The notes under the pieces are model-generated. The model had not been told where the DNA came from, ran no database searches, and was given only the letters and a program-made list of their open reading frames with translations. A program made the position numbers and the translations under genes. From an uncultured virus (IMG/VR IMGVR_UViG_3300050202_000023) (Duplodnaviria > Heunggongvirae > Uroviricota > Caudoviricetes), in the IMG/VR virus record IMGVR_UViG_3300050202_000023: a DNA stretch of 62,274 nucleotides; one strand, given 5' to 3'. Numbering within the stretch: the first letter of the stretch is position 1; the number at the start of each line of letters is the position of its first letter. Shown here piece after piece: positions 28,001-36,889 of this stretch.

Positions 28001-30522
28001 CTTAAAACCTGTAACCTTGTTTCTTTGTCGTTATATAAATAAGCCAAAGGAATATGTTTGTTACCTTTTAACTTATACTTTTTAAACAAAGAAACTAAAG
28101 GGGAATGTCCAAAATCATTTTTTGAACAAATTTTATACAAATACTTATCATTAGTAGTTAGTCTACCATTTAAAGCTTCGGCATAGTTTTTTAGATACTC
28201 TACTGTTTCGTGATCAGTTGTTGTAATATGCCCAGTAGCATTAGTTGTACCATCACCAAGCCACATACCAAGATAGTACGGATCAATATCAACTTGTTGA
28301 AAAGGGTATTCTAACGTACTTATTGGGTTTAAAGCGTACCTATTTACTTCAATTTGTTTGTTGAGTTTTTTATTAAAATAAGTTCTTTTATAAGTTTTAA
28401 GTAATTCTTCTGTAGATAAAATAATTTCTTTTTTACTCTTTGCTGTTTTGTCTAACCGTTGAACGGTCCATAAATGATGCTTACAACAGGTTACTGTTCT
28501 ACCATCTCTAAATGTAATTTTGTATAAATCAACTATACCCTGTGGATATACACCTGTAATAGTAGTTAATTTACCATCAGCCCCATAAATCTTTTCTCCA
28601 ACTTTACATTCCTCAATAGTCCCTATTCGATCTTCATAGTAGACCTTAGAGCCGTGTTTTAAAGCTTTACCAGCACCAACCTGCGTTTTTTTACCGGCCT
28701 GTGTCAGGTAAGTAAATAACGTAGCTAACTTAGTTATTTCGTTATTCTTTCTGGTCATACCAAACCGGATTTCTTTTTTGGTTAAGTCATTATCTATGTT
28801 TGGTATAACTAAAAAGTTTGGATGTGATTCCGGCCAGTAATAAGGATCAATTAACTCCCGGGTAGTTTCCCACAAGTCTCTACCATCAGATAAAGCAACT
28901 CCCAGTTTTTTGTTAAAGGTCTGTTTGTCTTCATCAATTGAAAACAAGCCCATAACTTCAGCTCCGGGATATAAGAATAACTCTCGACAGGTTAGCGATA
29001 CCAGACTATCTGAGTTATGAGTTACTGTAAACCCATCTGTTAAATATAGATGTTCTTTATTGTCAACAGTAATACAAGTGGTTTCTGCATCAAAAACGTA
29101 TTGAATATTTACAATACTTGATTTACCTTCATAGTTTTTATTTGTTTTAGTTTTTATTAAAGCAAGTTTTCTTGGCAATCTAAAAACTGGTGCAGACGTA
29201 TATAACTGAAATTTATAAGCTGTTTTGCCTTCTTTACGTTGGTTTTTATATGTGTAAAAAGATCTAGTTGCAGTTTGTTTAAGTGTAATACCTAAACTAC
29301 GGCATAGCCAATCAAAATCTTTTGCTAATTGGGCTATTGAGCTACTAAAACTAATAATTCCCCTCTTACTTATACTACCGTCGCTGTCCATTAAACCTTG
29401 TAATAAGGCCATACGTTGAGCTACAGAACCCTTTTTATAATTTTCAGGAATACGTTTATTATTTAAAACATCAAGTTCTTTAAGTTTATAAGTAAAAGAT
29501 AATGAACTACAACTACGACAGCCTAGATATTTTTTACCATTAGTAATAAGTAGATGAACTGCTTTACTTGTTTTATTCTCATACTTAGTACATTGGTATC
29601 CATTATTTATAGCGTAACTACACCAAACATCTTCAATTTCTGAATCAATAGTAGTTAGCCCTGCTCGTCTATTATCTCCGTCACCAAGCCATAATCCTAG
29701 TATATAAGGATCAATTGTTAACTCTTTTTCAGGGTATTGAACTGCCTCAGCAGTAGGTATAGCATACTTAGACTCATAAGAGTTTTTTCTACTTTCTGTA
29801 TAAATTCTTTTAACTTGATAGTCAGCTATTAATTCAACGGTGGTTTTAACTTCAAAACCTCCTAATGGACTTTTAGAATTCTTTTTTGATTGATTAATGT
29901 GCCCATTACTTTTTTTATAATTCCATACATACCAGTTGTGGTCAAGTCCACAGTAAAGTTTACGGCCATCAAGCAACGTTATTTCATATACTGGTTTAAC
30001 CCCTTGTGGGTATACTCCTGTAATTGTAGTAAGTTTTCCTGTATGGTCATAAATACTTTCTCCTACTTTAGCTTGTCCAATAGTTGTTTCTCCATCTTCT
30101 TTATAAAGTAGTGAAGAGTTAAGCAAGTCTTTAGAAATCTGCCGGGCACCACCAATTACATAAGCTTTCTTTTCTTGCTGAGCCCGGTAATAATCATTAT
30201 GTATAATCCACTCATTATCACGTAAGTAAGGTCTAGAAGCAGGTCTTACCACTTTACCCATATTATCCTGAACGTCAAGTTGTATGGTGTGAAACTGAGT
30301 ATGATAATATAAGTTACCGGGTATATACTGTCCGTTTATATTAATACCTTCTTTACCCTTTCTCTTTTCTTCTAAGCCAAAAGCAAGAAAGTCAGGATGG
30401 TTATACGGAGGTATATCACTTGGCTTTATGTTTAAGTAAAGTTCAGGGGAGCCTGTATTATAAAAGTCATTATCTTTCTGTGTATTCTTGTCAGGGAGTA
30501 TGGATGTAATTGTGTCCTTCAT
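25057..30522 (-). CDS. terL: terminase large subunit with three inteins (~708 aa after splicing)
   Basis: Walker A GGARQISK|S, Walker B FFFYEE, RNase H-like IGGLD...SLGA, NVDR|C. Confidence 0.93.
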   Translation of the reverse strand: MKDTITSILPDKNTQKDNDFYNTGSPELYLNIKPSDIPPYNHPDFLAFGLEEKRKGKEGININGQYIPGNLYYHTQFHTIQLDVQDNMGKVVRPASRPYLRDNEWIIHNDYYRAQQEKKAYVIGGARQISKDLLNSSLLYKEDGETTIGQAKVGESIYDHTGKLTTITGVYPQGVKPVYEITLLDGRKLYCGLDHNWYVWNYKKSNGHINQSKKNSKSPLGGFEVKTTVELIADYQVKRIYTESRKNSYESKYAIPTAEAVQYPEKELTIDPYILGLWLGDGDNRRAGLTTIDSEIEDVWCSYAINNGYQCTKYENKTSKAVHLLITNGKKYLGCRSCSSLSFTYKLKELDVLNNKRIPENYKKGSVAQRMALLQGLMDSDGSISKRGIISFSSSIAQLAKDFDWLCRSLGITLKQTATRSFYTYKNQRKEGKTAYKFQLYTSAPVFRLPRKLALIKTKTNKNYEGKSSIVNIQYVFDAETTCITVDNKEHLYLTDGFTVTHNSDSLVSLTCRELFLYPGAEVMGLFSIDEDKQTFNKKLGVALSDGRDLWETTRELIDPYYWPESHPNFLVIPNIDNDLTKKEIRFGMTRKNNEITKLATLFTYLTQAGKKTQVGAGKALKHGSKVYYEDRIGTIEECKVGEKIYGADGKLTTITGVYPQGIVDLYKITFRDGRTVTCCKHHLWTVQRLDKTAKSKKEIILSTEELLKTYKRTYFNKKLNKQIEVNRYALNPISTLEYPFQQVDIDPYYLGMWLGDGTTNATGHITTTDHETVEYLKNYAEALNGRLTTNDKYLYKICSKNDFGHSPLVSLFKKYKLKGNKHIPLAYLYNDKETRLQVLRGLLDSDGHIDKQGRVELCITNKILVDDAVSLIRSLGINCSVSIKHPICTYKGKKVKGKLAYRIYIGSPSETVFNLTRKKEAHKKTPIQSIQNGTSIVNIEKVESDYATCISVDNEDHLFLTDNFIPTHNSLTFFFYEEIAKEEMRGVWEAVKPAIRSEFGFRCAAFMAFTGGSVDKSKDALNLFMNPESNGVMPFENENKKTGKFMGGWYRSDFKYKTTLAKYLGVEDAPQLDAISIQVTDFDKANKTLDHEQALAADDSEPMALTNAKMFAPRTLAEMSLSSIESPFRKYKEGLKKHQDWLYETKPGQAYEFFLDPTTGKTHALLGTGVAISNFPHKSTDILDAPPIVYDLPRQKFTQDLHIGGLDIYHLGQTETSPSLGAFYLLRRNYGSLNDPFQDSIVLSYVARLDRTGNFLDKIQQILDFYQAKMLHESTNDMVLEHFDKEHKAEQYLAKSYSLIQEYSPHSKSRSTYGVPATVSFQKAWMLRIIEYISEIIGVDAMGNPIYGYTRISDPMLIEEMLQYKDKLNVDRCFPGHTTIQTGNGYKPINQITLQDNVLTHEGVYSTVDKLIVNNYSGKMISLKILSQNETIDSTPNHPHLVNSFSVKPNGKEWQSLKNNPENFNNRKWKLAKDIKKGDYLLIPKRNNLVQTELSKEELYVLGWYLSDGHINKQGQLRITFQGNQLNLANHVKECLESFDDFATKRHICTHHLTGKKFTSFTTNKGISIKKIPNKYAYNLNCTSKAFSNLVKKYVTVLEGGEKILNQDLFCSEGLLPLVVGFLEGDGHQKSCNYDKNGQRNTIEVTGVYINLIDQIRQILLDNDIWCTTRLIKAPDNCKWNQRTQKKIDIQDWKGINKIVSCGSLKFSPVPDKVQKTSFIKTTEGYWLPVSTIKEFDYSGLVYNLEVNKQHSYTANHIATHNCVAFGHALLYKGNLAKDYPPQIEEEYEETVEVKSKKAIYGLSKSNGGFSPSKRNPFYK
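25234..26403 (-). mobile_element. intein 3 (class 1, LAGLIDADG), 390 aa
   Basis: CFPGHT...STPNHP...VYNLEV...ATHN|C; LGWYLSDG and VGFLEGDG motifs. Confidence 0.92.
27613..28665 (-). mobile_element. intein 2 (Ala-start, class 3 WCT type, LAGLIDADG), 351 aa
   Basis: ALKHGS...HLW...ATCISVD...FLTDNFIPTHN|S; LGMWLGDG and RGLLDSDG. Confidence 0.9.
29014..30129 (-). mobile_element. intein 1 (Asp-start, class 3 WCT type, LAGLIDADG), 372 aa
   Basis: K|DLLNSS...HNW...TTCITVD...YLTDGFTVTHN|S inside Walker A; LGLWLGDG and QGLMDSDG. Confidence 0.88.
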
Positions 30523-31106
30523 TATTTTAGGCCAAGTAAAATAAAGGCTGGTGGTATTTCAGCATCTCCTTTAAACTCCACATTTTCAGTAACCTCTTCA
30601 AGTTTTTCAATCATGGGTATAATTTCAAGTACTTTCTTTGTAATCATAGCTCGGTCAGAAATTTGACGTTGTTTGGTAGCTACCAGAAACTCCATTGTCC
30701 GACTACCCCCACTAGGATTATTTTTTGTAGGTTTAGTTTTCTGCGTCTGAGACAGTCTCCGGTGTTCTATACTTGGTATAGGTCTGCTTCGGTAATAAGC
30801 CCTAATACTTTCCAGTACTGTTTTTAAGGCAAGCATTTGCTGCTTGATATATTCAGATACCCCCTCAAGGTCAGCAATTACCAGTAACATACCGGTACAG
30901 TCTTTAACAGTGATTAAAGCTGTTTTAAGTGTCTCCTCTTTAGTACAGACAATCTTGGGCATAACCCCTTTCATGGTTACAGCCCAATCAATATCATCTG
31001 TAAGTTCTTCAGGATCAATTGTTTCCAAGTATTCTATAATACCGTCAATCTCCTGCTTTAATTCTTTTATAGATTCTTTACTATAAATGTTTTTTTTCTT
31101 AGCCAT
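30522..31106 (-). CDS. putative terminase small subunit
   Basis: helical 194 aa, stop overlaps TerL start; positional inference. Confidence 0.4.
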   Translation of the reverse strand: MAKKKNIYSKESIKELKQEIDGIIEYLETIDPEELTDDIDWAVTMKGVMPKIVCTKEETLKTALITVKDCTGMLLVIADLEGVSEYIKQQMLALKTVLESIRAYYRSRPIPSIEHRRLSQTQKTKPTKNNPSGGSRTMEFLVATKQRQISDRAMITKKVLEIIPMIEKLEEVTENVEFKGDAEIPPAFILLGLK

Positions 31107-31342
31107 AGTTAAGCTTGTTTTGTTTTATCCAGTACCGTATCAATTACCAGAAGTTTGCCCTTTGCAAGTCCTTTATTGTGAGCTATACCCGTTAACATAT
31201 TTTTAAATTCCAACAGTGTTTCGGGTAGCTGGTCCTGATAAATTTTACAGTAACTGTCTGACCATGACCGGTCAGTTTTAATAAATCCCATTGCATTTAA
31301 TAGTTCTTCAGTAAGTTTCATAGAGTTGTATATGCTATATTG

Positions 31343-31714
31343 TTAAACAGCCGACCACTTGATTGGCATAAATTTATCCGGGTGTACGTTATTCCAGAAG
31401 TTAATTCCACAGTTATCATTCATAGCCAGCACCTTTTGTTCTAGTGGACACAGGCACAAAGCACAGTGAAAATCAGTCCGTTTAGTACTATATGGTTTTC
31501 CTGTAAGCTCTTTAAACTCTGTAGAGGTTTGAGCCAGTATAGAATTAAATGGGCAGCTCTCACAAATACCAAATCGTTTTTCAGCTTCAAGCCTAACAGC
31601 AGGATCTAGTACACCCCATGCTTTCTTTACTTCATTAATTCTGGACTCGACAACATTACCAATGTTATTTATACCGTTCCAGTACTCGTTTAGCACTTCA
31701 CTTGTCTTGCTCAT
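31343..31714 (-). CDS. Zn-finger protein
   Basis: ICESCPFN...HCALCLCPL..K...C...KW. Confidence 0.65.
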   Translation of the reverse strand: MSKTSEVLNEYWNGINNIGNVVESRINEVKKAWGVLDPAVRLEAEKRFGICESCPFNSILAQTSTEFKELTGKPYSTKRTDFHCALCLCPLEQKVLAMNDNCGINFWNNVHPDKFMPIKWSAV

Positions 31715-32093
31715 AATCTTTTAGAATGTTAGTTGCAACTTGTTTTGGTGATAATTTTTTTGATGTATTAATCCACCTTAGTTTTTGTTTTAGTTTCCAG
31801 AGTACTGGTAAGTGATTAAGTGCCTCTTCCAGTACTTTCTTACCAGTCTCCTGATTAATGGTACCAGTCCGGTACCGTCTTATCCGTATCAAATACGAAG
31901 CAATCCCTTTAAAAAGTCTTTGAGGGGTTATACGAAAACTTCCCAGACCCATAATTCTGACTACTTCCGTGTCTGGTTTACTAAGTGACTTTCGAATATA
32001 AATCCAGTAGCTTTCTGTATGAGCCTTTACTACATCTAACGGTAAGTCAAACTCAGATGCTAACTGTTTCTGGATGTTGCTCCAATTCTTCAT
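31698..32093 (-). CDS. HU/IHF-like DNA-binding protein
   Basis: LASEFDLP..VV...VRIMGLGSF HU-type N-terminus. Confidence 0.6.
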   Translation of the reverse strand: MKNWSNIQKQLASEFDLPLDVVKAHTESYWIYIRKSLSKPDTEVVRIMGLGSFRITPQRLFKGIASYLIRIRRYRTGTINQETGKKVLEEALNHLPVLWKLKQKLRWINTSKKLSPKQVATNILKDYEQDK

Positions 32094-32460
32094 CAGTATC
32101 TGTATAAGTAAACTTTATAGCACAGCCAAGCTTGGTCAGATCAGAAAACATAGCTGACAAGTCCGGGTGAAGATATAACTCAGATGTATAAATATTCTTT
32201 AATAGTAATCCCCGTTCCTTCAGCTTAAACCTAATTTGGTGAATAGCAGAAGTAGCTTTCTTAAAAGATAGACGTTTATAGTATTCTTCTTTAATTCTAA
32301 GATCAGTACTTTTTGTTGCCCCGTACAGACAGTAGTATGCCAGTAGTGTTAAATCACTATCACAATACTTTATCTGCTTTAGAACCATATAAATCTCTAA
32401 AAGAAGTTTAGCTGCATTTAGTCTACTTCGACGTTCAATAGTACCTACCAGTAAGCTCAT
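32053..32460 (-). CDS. putative winged-helix protein
   Basis: IRFKLKERGLL...LYLHP wHTH-like pattern. Confidence 0.4.
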   Translation of the reverse strand: MSLLVGTIERRSRLNAAKLLLEIYMVLKQIKYCDSDLTLLAYYCLYGATKSTDLRIKEEYYKRLSFKKATSAIHQIRFKLKERGLLLKNIYTSELYLHPDLSAMFSDLTKLGCAIKFTYTDTDEELEQHPETVSI

Positions 32461-33425
32461 GTATTGTGTTGTTGATAATGGTTAAGCATCTTTTCTATAT
32501 CATTTTTTCTATACTCAAATTTAAACGGTACTTCTTCATTAACAAATACACCTGTTTCAGAACTAATCTGCTCTTTACCAGCAGCGTCTAATATAGCTTT
32601 AACCCACGTAAACCGGGTTGACCGTACTATATACCCAACCTGTTCCAGCATCCAAGCATACAAACTAATCTGTATTTGATAGTGGTATAAGCTACAATCC
32701 TGTAAATGATCAATAGGCTCAAGCATTTTCTGATACTTGTTTTCCGTCTTAATTTTGGCATTTGTTTTCCAGTCATCCAAATCAATATATTTAATCCAGA
32801 AAGTCCCATCAGACTTTCTCCAAATATTCTCTGGTTTATACTTTCTAATATCAGACTCAGTAATCTGTTTAGAAGTAACCCAAAGACGGTCTACTAGTCC
32901 ACTTATTTTATACCTGTGGTTGTATACCAGTAGTTCTCCATGAAAACCATCACTTAAATCTCTAAGATCAAAGCTATAATATTGAGCAACCTTAGCATTA
33001 ACAGCAACACCTTCTAACGGTTGAGTTCCAGTACTATAAGCTAGTTCTTCCCTGTACAGGTGATATGCAGTACCCCTAGTCCGGCTATCATCCCCTTTCT
33101 TTTCCCACCGTTTTAATATAATCTGCTGTAATTCAAGAATATATTCTACATACTCTGGGTAATGAAGTTCTAGGTTTATTTTAACTAGCTGTTCTTTTTT
33201 AGGTACTGACCGAATCCCGATAGTTAAAAATGTCCACCAGTCTGATTGAAGTTTGTTAACTACAAAGAACTCTTCAATTGCTTTATACAGTGACCAATAT
33301 TCCTTATCATACTTTGGTTTATATAAGTCAATTAACTGAGTAGCAGATCTATAGACCTCATTTGTTTCACTATTTTTATACTGGTGTAATTCTTCATTAA
33401 ACTTTACGTATTGAGTCACTTGCAT
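32457..33425 (-). CDS. PD-(D/E)XK nuclease (crAss-type, Cas4-like fold)
   Basis: FNEELHQY, RGTAYH, SGLVDR, DDWKTN, YQIQISLY motifs. Confidence 0.85.
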   Translation of the reverse strand: MQVTQYVKFNEELHQYKNSETNEVYRSATQLIDLYKPKYDKEYWSLYKAIEEFFVVNKLQSDWWTFLTIGIRSVPKKEQLVKINLELHYPEYVEYILELQQIILKRWEKKGDDSRTRGTAYHLYREELAYSTGTQPLEGVAVNAKVAQYYSFDLRDLSDGFHGELLVYNHRYKISGLVDRLWVTSKQITESDIRKYKPENIWRKSDGTFWIKYIDLDDWKTNAKIKTENKYQKMLEPIDHLQDCSLYHYQIQISLYAWMLEQVGYIVRSTRFTWVKAILDAAGKEQISSETGVFVNEEVPFKFEYRKNDIEKMLNHYQQHNT

Positions 33426-33515
33426 AAATAGTTAACTGGTTTATACTTTACTAACTTAGTATTAGTAATAGTAGTTCACTCTTTACTTTAACGACAATAT
33501 ATTGTAGTATGGGAA

Positions 33516-33547
33516 CAAATATACTATTACAGGTTTAGTTTACCAAA
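33516..33547 (-). promoter_or_regulatory. Bacteroidota sigma-A promoter for the leftward structural operon
   Basis: minus strand TTTG (33547-33544), 20-nt spacer, TATATTTG (33523-33516). Confidence 0.7.
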
Positions 33548-33763
33548 AACGTTAATTTATTCATCCTAACTTTTTTTAAATTTTTTTTTGACTTTGACTA
33601 AAAATACTTTAAGTAGTTGTCTGTGAGAGTCTGGTAGGGATAAACGCCCGGTCTGCCTTCGGCTGGCTGGTGTACCCCCGGGTTCATTAAGTAGCTTCAG
33701 AAATTCGGGTGAATTCTGATAAAAGTCAACCGGCCTATACAGGCCACAACCAAAGTTATTATC

Positions 33764-34159
33764 ATGGAAGGTCAAGCAACGATTACCCAGAATGCTCCGT
33801 TCAATGCTACAGCACCTGTAGCTGACCAAGTTAGTGTGGGTTTGATTATTGGATCAGACCCTATTAGTGTCAAGAAATTCATGGCTGATAACAGCTTTGT
33901 TTCTGTACACCGTGAAGTTCGTGAGAATTCTGTGGGTTATCCGTACATCACCTTCATTAGCAAGGACAATGTATCGGAGAATATCTACTTCTCACGGAAT
34001 GAAGCAGTAAAACATGCTGCGGGGGATCTGATTCAAAAGGGTTTCTTTGACAGTATGCAGGTGTGGTTGACACACAATGCTGCTGGTGAACCACGTGTAA
34101 AACTCACCGGACTTGGTGGTGAGGGTGGCTTGAGGGTTAATGCTGCTGACTTGTTCTAG
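33764..34159 (+). CDS. hypothetical protein, first rightward gene
   Basis: 131 aa, followed by a strong terminator. Confidence 0.7.
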   Translation: MEGQATITQNAPFNATAPVADQVSVGLIIGSDPISVKKFMADNSFVSVHREVRENSVGYPYITFISKDNVSENIYFSRNEAVKHAAGDLIQKGFFDSMQVWLTHNAAGEPRVKLTGLGGEGGLRVNAADLF

Positions 34160-34175
34160 TCTCAGCTCAAGTGCT

Positions 34176-34227
34176 ATAGACCCTGACTGATTCCTTGTGG
34201 ATTGGTTAGGGTCTATGGTTTTTTATT
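34176..34227 (+). terminator. intrinsic terminator
   Basis: atagaccctgactgatt...gattggttagggtctat then T-tract. Confidence 0.7.
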
Positions 34228-34418
34228 GGGGTTAATCTGTGTCACTCTGAATACACGGAATTACTTTAAACACTATGTCTCATGAAAGACAATTCTCGTG
34301 TTTATACACTGGTAAACGGTGTACTCGTGTTGCTGAGCGAAGCTCTTGCATACGACCGGAAGTAATTACTGATACTTACCATTACAATAGAAATCTAATA
34401 GAATTCTTGTAATAGACT

Positions 34419-34458
34419 GCGTAGACACTGAGAGAAATCTTGGTGTCTACGTTTTTAT
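34419..34458. terminator. terminator between convergent units
   Basis: cgtagacactgaga-gaaa-tcttggtgtctacg then ttttt. Confidence 0.65.
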
Positions 34459-34461
34459 TAT

Positions 34462-35106
34462 CTATATGGTTTTACCATAGTCTTCGTTATAAAATGCTCT
34501 AGCACAATGGGTATTTTTAAACAACTCTGCCACATCAGACTCAATTAATCTACCAGCAAAAGAAAGGTAAGGATTAAGTATCAAAGCATTACCTATAGTT
34601 TCGTAAACACCAACATCTTTTAGTTTTGATAAAATTGGTTTAACCTTATTGATGGACACATCAAAGGCTCTCATGTAGTCGTTTAGTGTAGATCTATTGT
34701 TTAGACCCGAAATAACATTCTCTTTACCTGATAAATGGGATAATGACATAGCTGCCCTAAACTCAATTGGGGTTAGGCTTTTAAGTAAAAATCTCATAAC
34801 ATTGTTGTTAGTGTACACATACCCTGTACTGACAATAGAGGTATATCCTTCAGGGAATCCTAATTTAGCATTGGAAGAAAAGTAGTCAACTATTTCCTGA
34901 GTGTGATTAAACCATTCACCTCGATAGTGGTACTTACTAAACTTTTGATGTAATAATTTCTCATCTTCCCTACTTCCATCCATTATATATTCAAGGTATA
35001 GTTCGTTTGGGTGTCCAGTCTGTAAAGACCCAAACCTCTTTTTAGGGTTATTACTGTATCCTATTTTACACTTACTGTTTTGAAGATCAGTTACTAAGTA
35101 AATCAT
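34462..35106 (-). CDS. GIY-YIG (T5orf172-like) domain fused to RepL-like wHTH
   Basis: IYLV..KIGYSNNPKKR..LQTG..E..LH..GEWF; C-terminus KLKDVGV...ILNPYLSFAG. Confidence 0.75.
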   Translation of the reverse strand: MIYLVTDLQNSKCKIGYSNNPKKRFGSLQTGHPNELYLEYIMDGSREDEKLLHQKFSKYHYRGEWFNHTQEIVDYFSSNAKLGFPEGYTSIVSTGYVYTNNNVMRFLLKSLTPIEFRAAMSLSHLSGKENVISGLNNRSTLNDYMRAFDVSINKVKPILSKLKDVGVYETIGNALILNPYLSFAGRLIESDVAELFKNTHCARAFYNEDYGKTI

Positions 35107-35597
35107 ATGGTTGAATCGGTTTTAATGACAACGTTAGTTGGAAACTGTTTTATTCGGCTACCTCTGTAAAAGTGATCCGGGTTTAACCAGTAAACCTCTT
35201 TGTGAGTAGTATAGTGTATAAACCCATATCGAATCAGCTCCTTAATAGCTTCTGTATAAGTGTTAACAGAAGTAATACCGTTCTCTTTCATATACCTTGG
35301 CTTATTTACACAGATATAGTCTTTGTTTGTTTCTGTTTCATAAAGCAGCCACAGATAGAGTCTTTGAGCTTTATTGGTAAATCCTGATACAATTAATCGG
35401 GTGCTGCTACAAGTATATAATTTAACGGGAATGGAAGACTCCGTTAAAACCTCTACAGGCACGAGTGTACCATCAGAGTCCTGTACATAAGCTTTGCTTG
35501 GGTTAAACTTATAAGCAGGTATTGATAAAGAAGTCAGGTAAGGATTAACCCCTAATTTCCTTAGCTGATCTTCGTTTGGCTTGGTATATTTTGGCAT
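35103..35597 (-). CDS. RepL-like replication initiator/wHTH protein
   Basis: AIKELIRYGFI...VYWLNPDHFYRGSR; likely start MPKYT. Confidence 0.65.
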   Translation of the reverse strand: MPKYTKPNEDQLRKLGVNPYLTSLSIPAYKFNPSKAYVQDSDGTLVPVEVLTESSIPVKLYTCSSTRLIVSGFTNKAQRLYLWLLYETETNKDYICVNKPRYMKENGITSVNTYTEAIKELIRYGFIHYTTHKEVYWLNPDHFYRGSRIKQFPTNVVIKTDSTI

Positions 35598-36276
35598 AAA
35601 AGTAGTTATTTCTATCAAAGTTAATCAAATCATTGACAGATTGCAACTGGCATGACAGAAATAATGAAAATATTGTCAAATCCTTGAAATACAAAATAGC
35701 TTGTAACTAACTGTGTATCAGTTTCTTATAGAGGTTTTTTCACAAGCAGAAATGTGTAGTATAGTTTTTATATACACATTTTATCTTTCTCAAAAACTCT
35801 TATAATTAGCTGAATATTAATTAGTTATAGACAAATCTACGTTTCATGAATTTGACAATCTTTTATAAGGTAAAAGTTGACCAATTTACCAAATAATGTT
35901 TGGTTTTGGTTAACAACTACGGTTTAAGTTAAGTGCCTGAGTGTCAGTCGGGTATAAATTGGGTTAAGAGTGAGGTGAGTGTCGGTCACGATGAATAGCA
36001 CCTGATTCAACCCATTTTACCATCACTCAAAAACTAAGGATTTAGTTATATATAGCTTTAGTATCTACTCCTTAAACAAGCACAATCATGTATACATACA
36101 TAATTCTAAGCTGGGGAACTAACACTCCAATAATTGCATCAAGTGCTACAGCTAGTGAATTGTAGCACTGTTACTTATCATAGCTTGACTATCGTTGGTT
36201 TATAACCAAGTAAGTACCAACTCAGTGGGTCATGATTTACCACGTTAAATAATTCTCACGTTAACCAACCATACCC

Positions 36277-36492
36277 ATGCTGCTAGTAAAGCTGTTACAA
36301 AGTAAAGACTTGATTCTTACTGCTTATGAAGAAGTAGAGAATCCTGTATGGGTTGATGCTAGCTATGCCAAGTATGCGCTTGCTAAAGTGTCTGAGATCA
36401 ACAAGTACTTAGGTACAGACTTGTCTCCAGATGAGTTGGTTGGTAAAGTGTACGAAACACAGTCAGCTTATGGCTATGGGGATACTTACTAG
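36277..36492 (+). CDS. hypothetical early protein
   Basis: ORF with an A/C-rich leader. Confidence 0.55.
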   Translation: MLLVKLLQSKDLILTAYEEVENPVWVDASYAKYALAKVSEINKYLGTDLSPDELVGKVYETQSAYGYGDTY

Positions 36493-36889
36493 GAGCATTT
36501 AACTCATTATAAGTATAAAGTCATACAGGTAGTCATTCCTGTTGAGTAGCTTCATTACATAATCCTGAATTGATTGAATGTCAGGTGAGTTTGTACGTAT
36601 CTCTATAACGTTCACATTTTTTAACTTAGTTAACAATTTAACCAATTAAAACCAGTGAAACAGAACATTAAAAACCCGGCAAAGAATAAGAAAGCTCTTA
36701 GAGTGGCTAGGTTAAAAGCTCGTCCTGTAGAGGTTAGAACTCCTGAGCAGCAATTAGCCGTACTTGACCAAAGACTTGGATTTGCTTTAGGAGCTGTTCG
36801 TGAACGTATCAAGCTTTTTAAGCAAATTACCTTGGATTAACACGAACCTATTCACTTAAGTACTTGTTACTTAGCAAACTAATCTTATT

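Noticed and set aside
32457..33425. Cas4 as part of a CRISPR system
   Set aside because: No Fe-S Cys cluster or array; this is the usual crAss-like PD-(D/E)XK gene.
33566..33829. 87-aa minus-strand ORF at the divergence point
   Set aside because: Overlaps the rightward gene start and homopolymer tracts; likely spurious.
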